64,000 nucleotides of DNA, from contig NC_043005.1 in NCBI RefSeq assembly GCF_006345805.1, positions 70,246,001 through 70,310,000 on the forward strand, written 5' to 3'. The stretch is from Octopus sinensis. Taxonomy: Eukaryota. Numbering within the stretch: the first letter of the stretch is position 1; each line of letters starts with the position of its first letter. Made by a program: the position numbers and the translations under genes. The notes under the pieces are model-generated. The model saw only the letters and a list, made by a program, of their open reading frames with translations, did not search any database and was not told where the DNA came from. Of this stretch, positions 63,276-64,000 are shown one piece after another.

Positions 63276-63847
63276 CTTTATCTTTTACTTGTTTCCATCA
63301 TAAAAATGCGGTCATCCTGGGGCACAGCATGGAAGGATTTTAGTCGAACAAATCGATTTCAGTTGATCTTTTCTTTAAAGCTTTGCACTAAATTACGGGC
63401 ACTTAAACACACCACCACCGGTTGTCAAGTAGAGTGGGGAGACAAACACAATCAGACTCACACACACACACACAGATATATATATATATATATATATCTA
63501 AAATGAGGGTGAGAAAGTAGATATTAATTTAATTAACATCGATTACACATCAGTGGTCTAGCATAAAAAAACTGAAGGTTCAGTAAAATTATATTATATA
63601 TATATATATATATATATTAGAGGGAAGCCATATGCTATTTCTAGCATATGGGTGATCACATAGTGGTTTCCTTCTAATATATATATATATATATACAAAT
63701 ATCCGATCTACCATCTACCAAATCCGTTCAAAAGGATTTGGTCGGCCCGAGGCTATAGTAGAACACACCTGCCCAAGGTGTCACGCAATGGGACTGAACG
63801 CAGAAACATATGGTTGGGAAGGAAACTTCTTACCACACAGCCACGCC
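63276..63847 (-). mobile_element. SINE family A split by ~200 bp inserted into its internal microsatellite
   Basis: 3' half ~63276-63497 and 5' half ~63695-63847. Confidence 0.8.
63615..63679. mobile_element. Tiny MITE-like element (61 bp plus flanking TA) in (TA)n
   Basis: TATTAGAGGGAAGCCA versus reverse complement of the right end TATTAGAAGGAAACCA (14/16); internal perfect hairpin CCATATGCTA-TTTC-TAGCATATGG. Confidence 0.7.
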
Positions 63848-64000
63848 ATTGTCAATTAACTGAATCCCAGCTAATAAATACAGTTGATTTTCATAATCTA
63901 TATTTTCCTCGCAGATCTGATGCCCTATGACTATATTACAATTGTATTCATTTCCTAGTCATTATTGTCGACGCATAGTTTAGACCTGAACCGATTGGTT

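Overview
AT-rich, microsatellite- and transposon-dense eukaryotic DNA. The SINE families match ones I recognise from Octopus genomes, so a cephalopod origin is inferred, not proven. No host protein-coding gene can be called with confidence; nearly all ORF-track entries are translated microsatellites. The standout is a near-perfect 404-bp tandem array (57426-61960; 11 full units plus a partial one) flanked by (TA)n. Each full unit carries a complete type I hammerhead ribozyme fold on the + strand (CUGAAGA core, GCCA/UGGC stem II, GAAA, palindromic ACUGCAGU stem III, GUA cleavage site, bipartite stem I), i.e. a candidate non-LTR retrozyme locus predicted to yield ~404-nt self-cleaving monomers or circRNAs. 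Also present: (1) a near-intact Tx1/L1-clade LINE (~26101-32254) with one ORF2 frameshift, flanked by TATC repeats and sharing its 3' tail with a tRNA-derived SINE in this window; (2) Penelope-like remnants with decayed hammerhead-like motifs in their tails; (3) several mariner/Tc1 relics and R4/Dong, CR1/L2 and RTE fragments; (4) about 15 SINE copies from four families; (5) a 32-bp minisatellite and a 61-bp MITE. Coordinates were counted by hand and may be off by a few bases.
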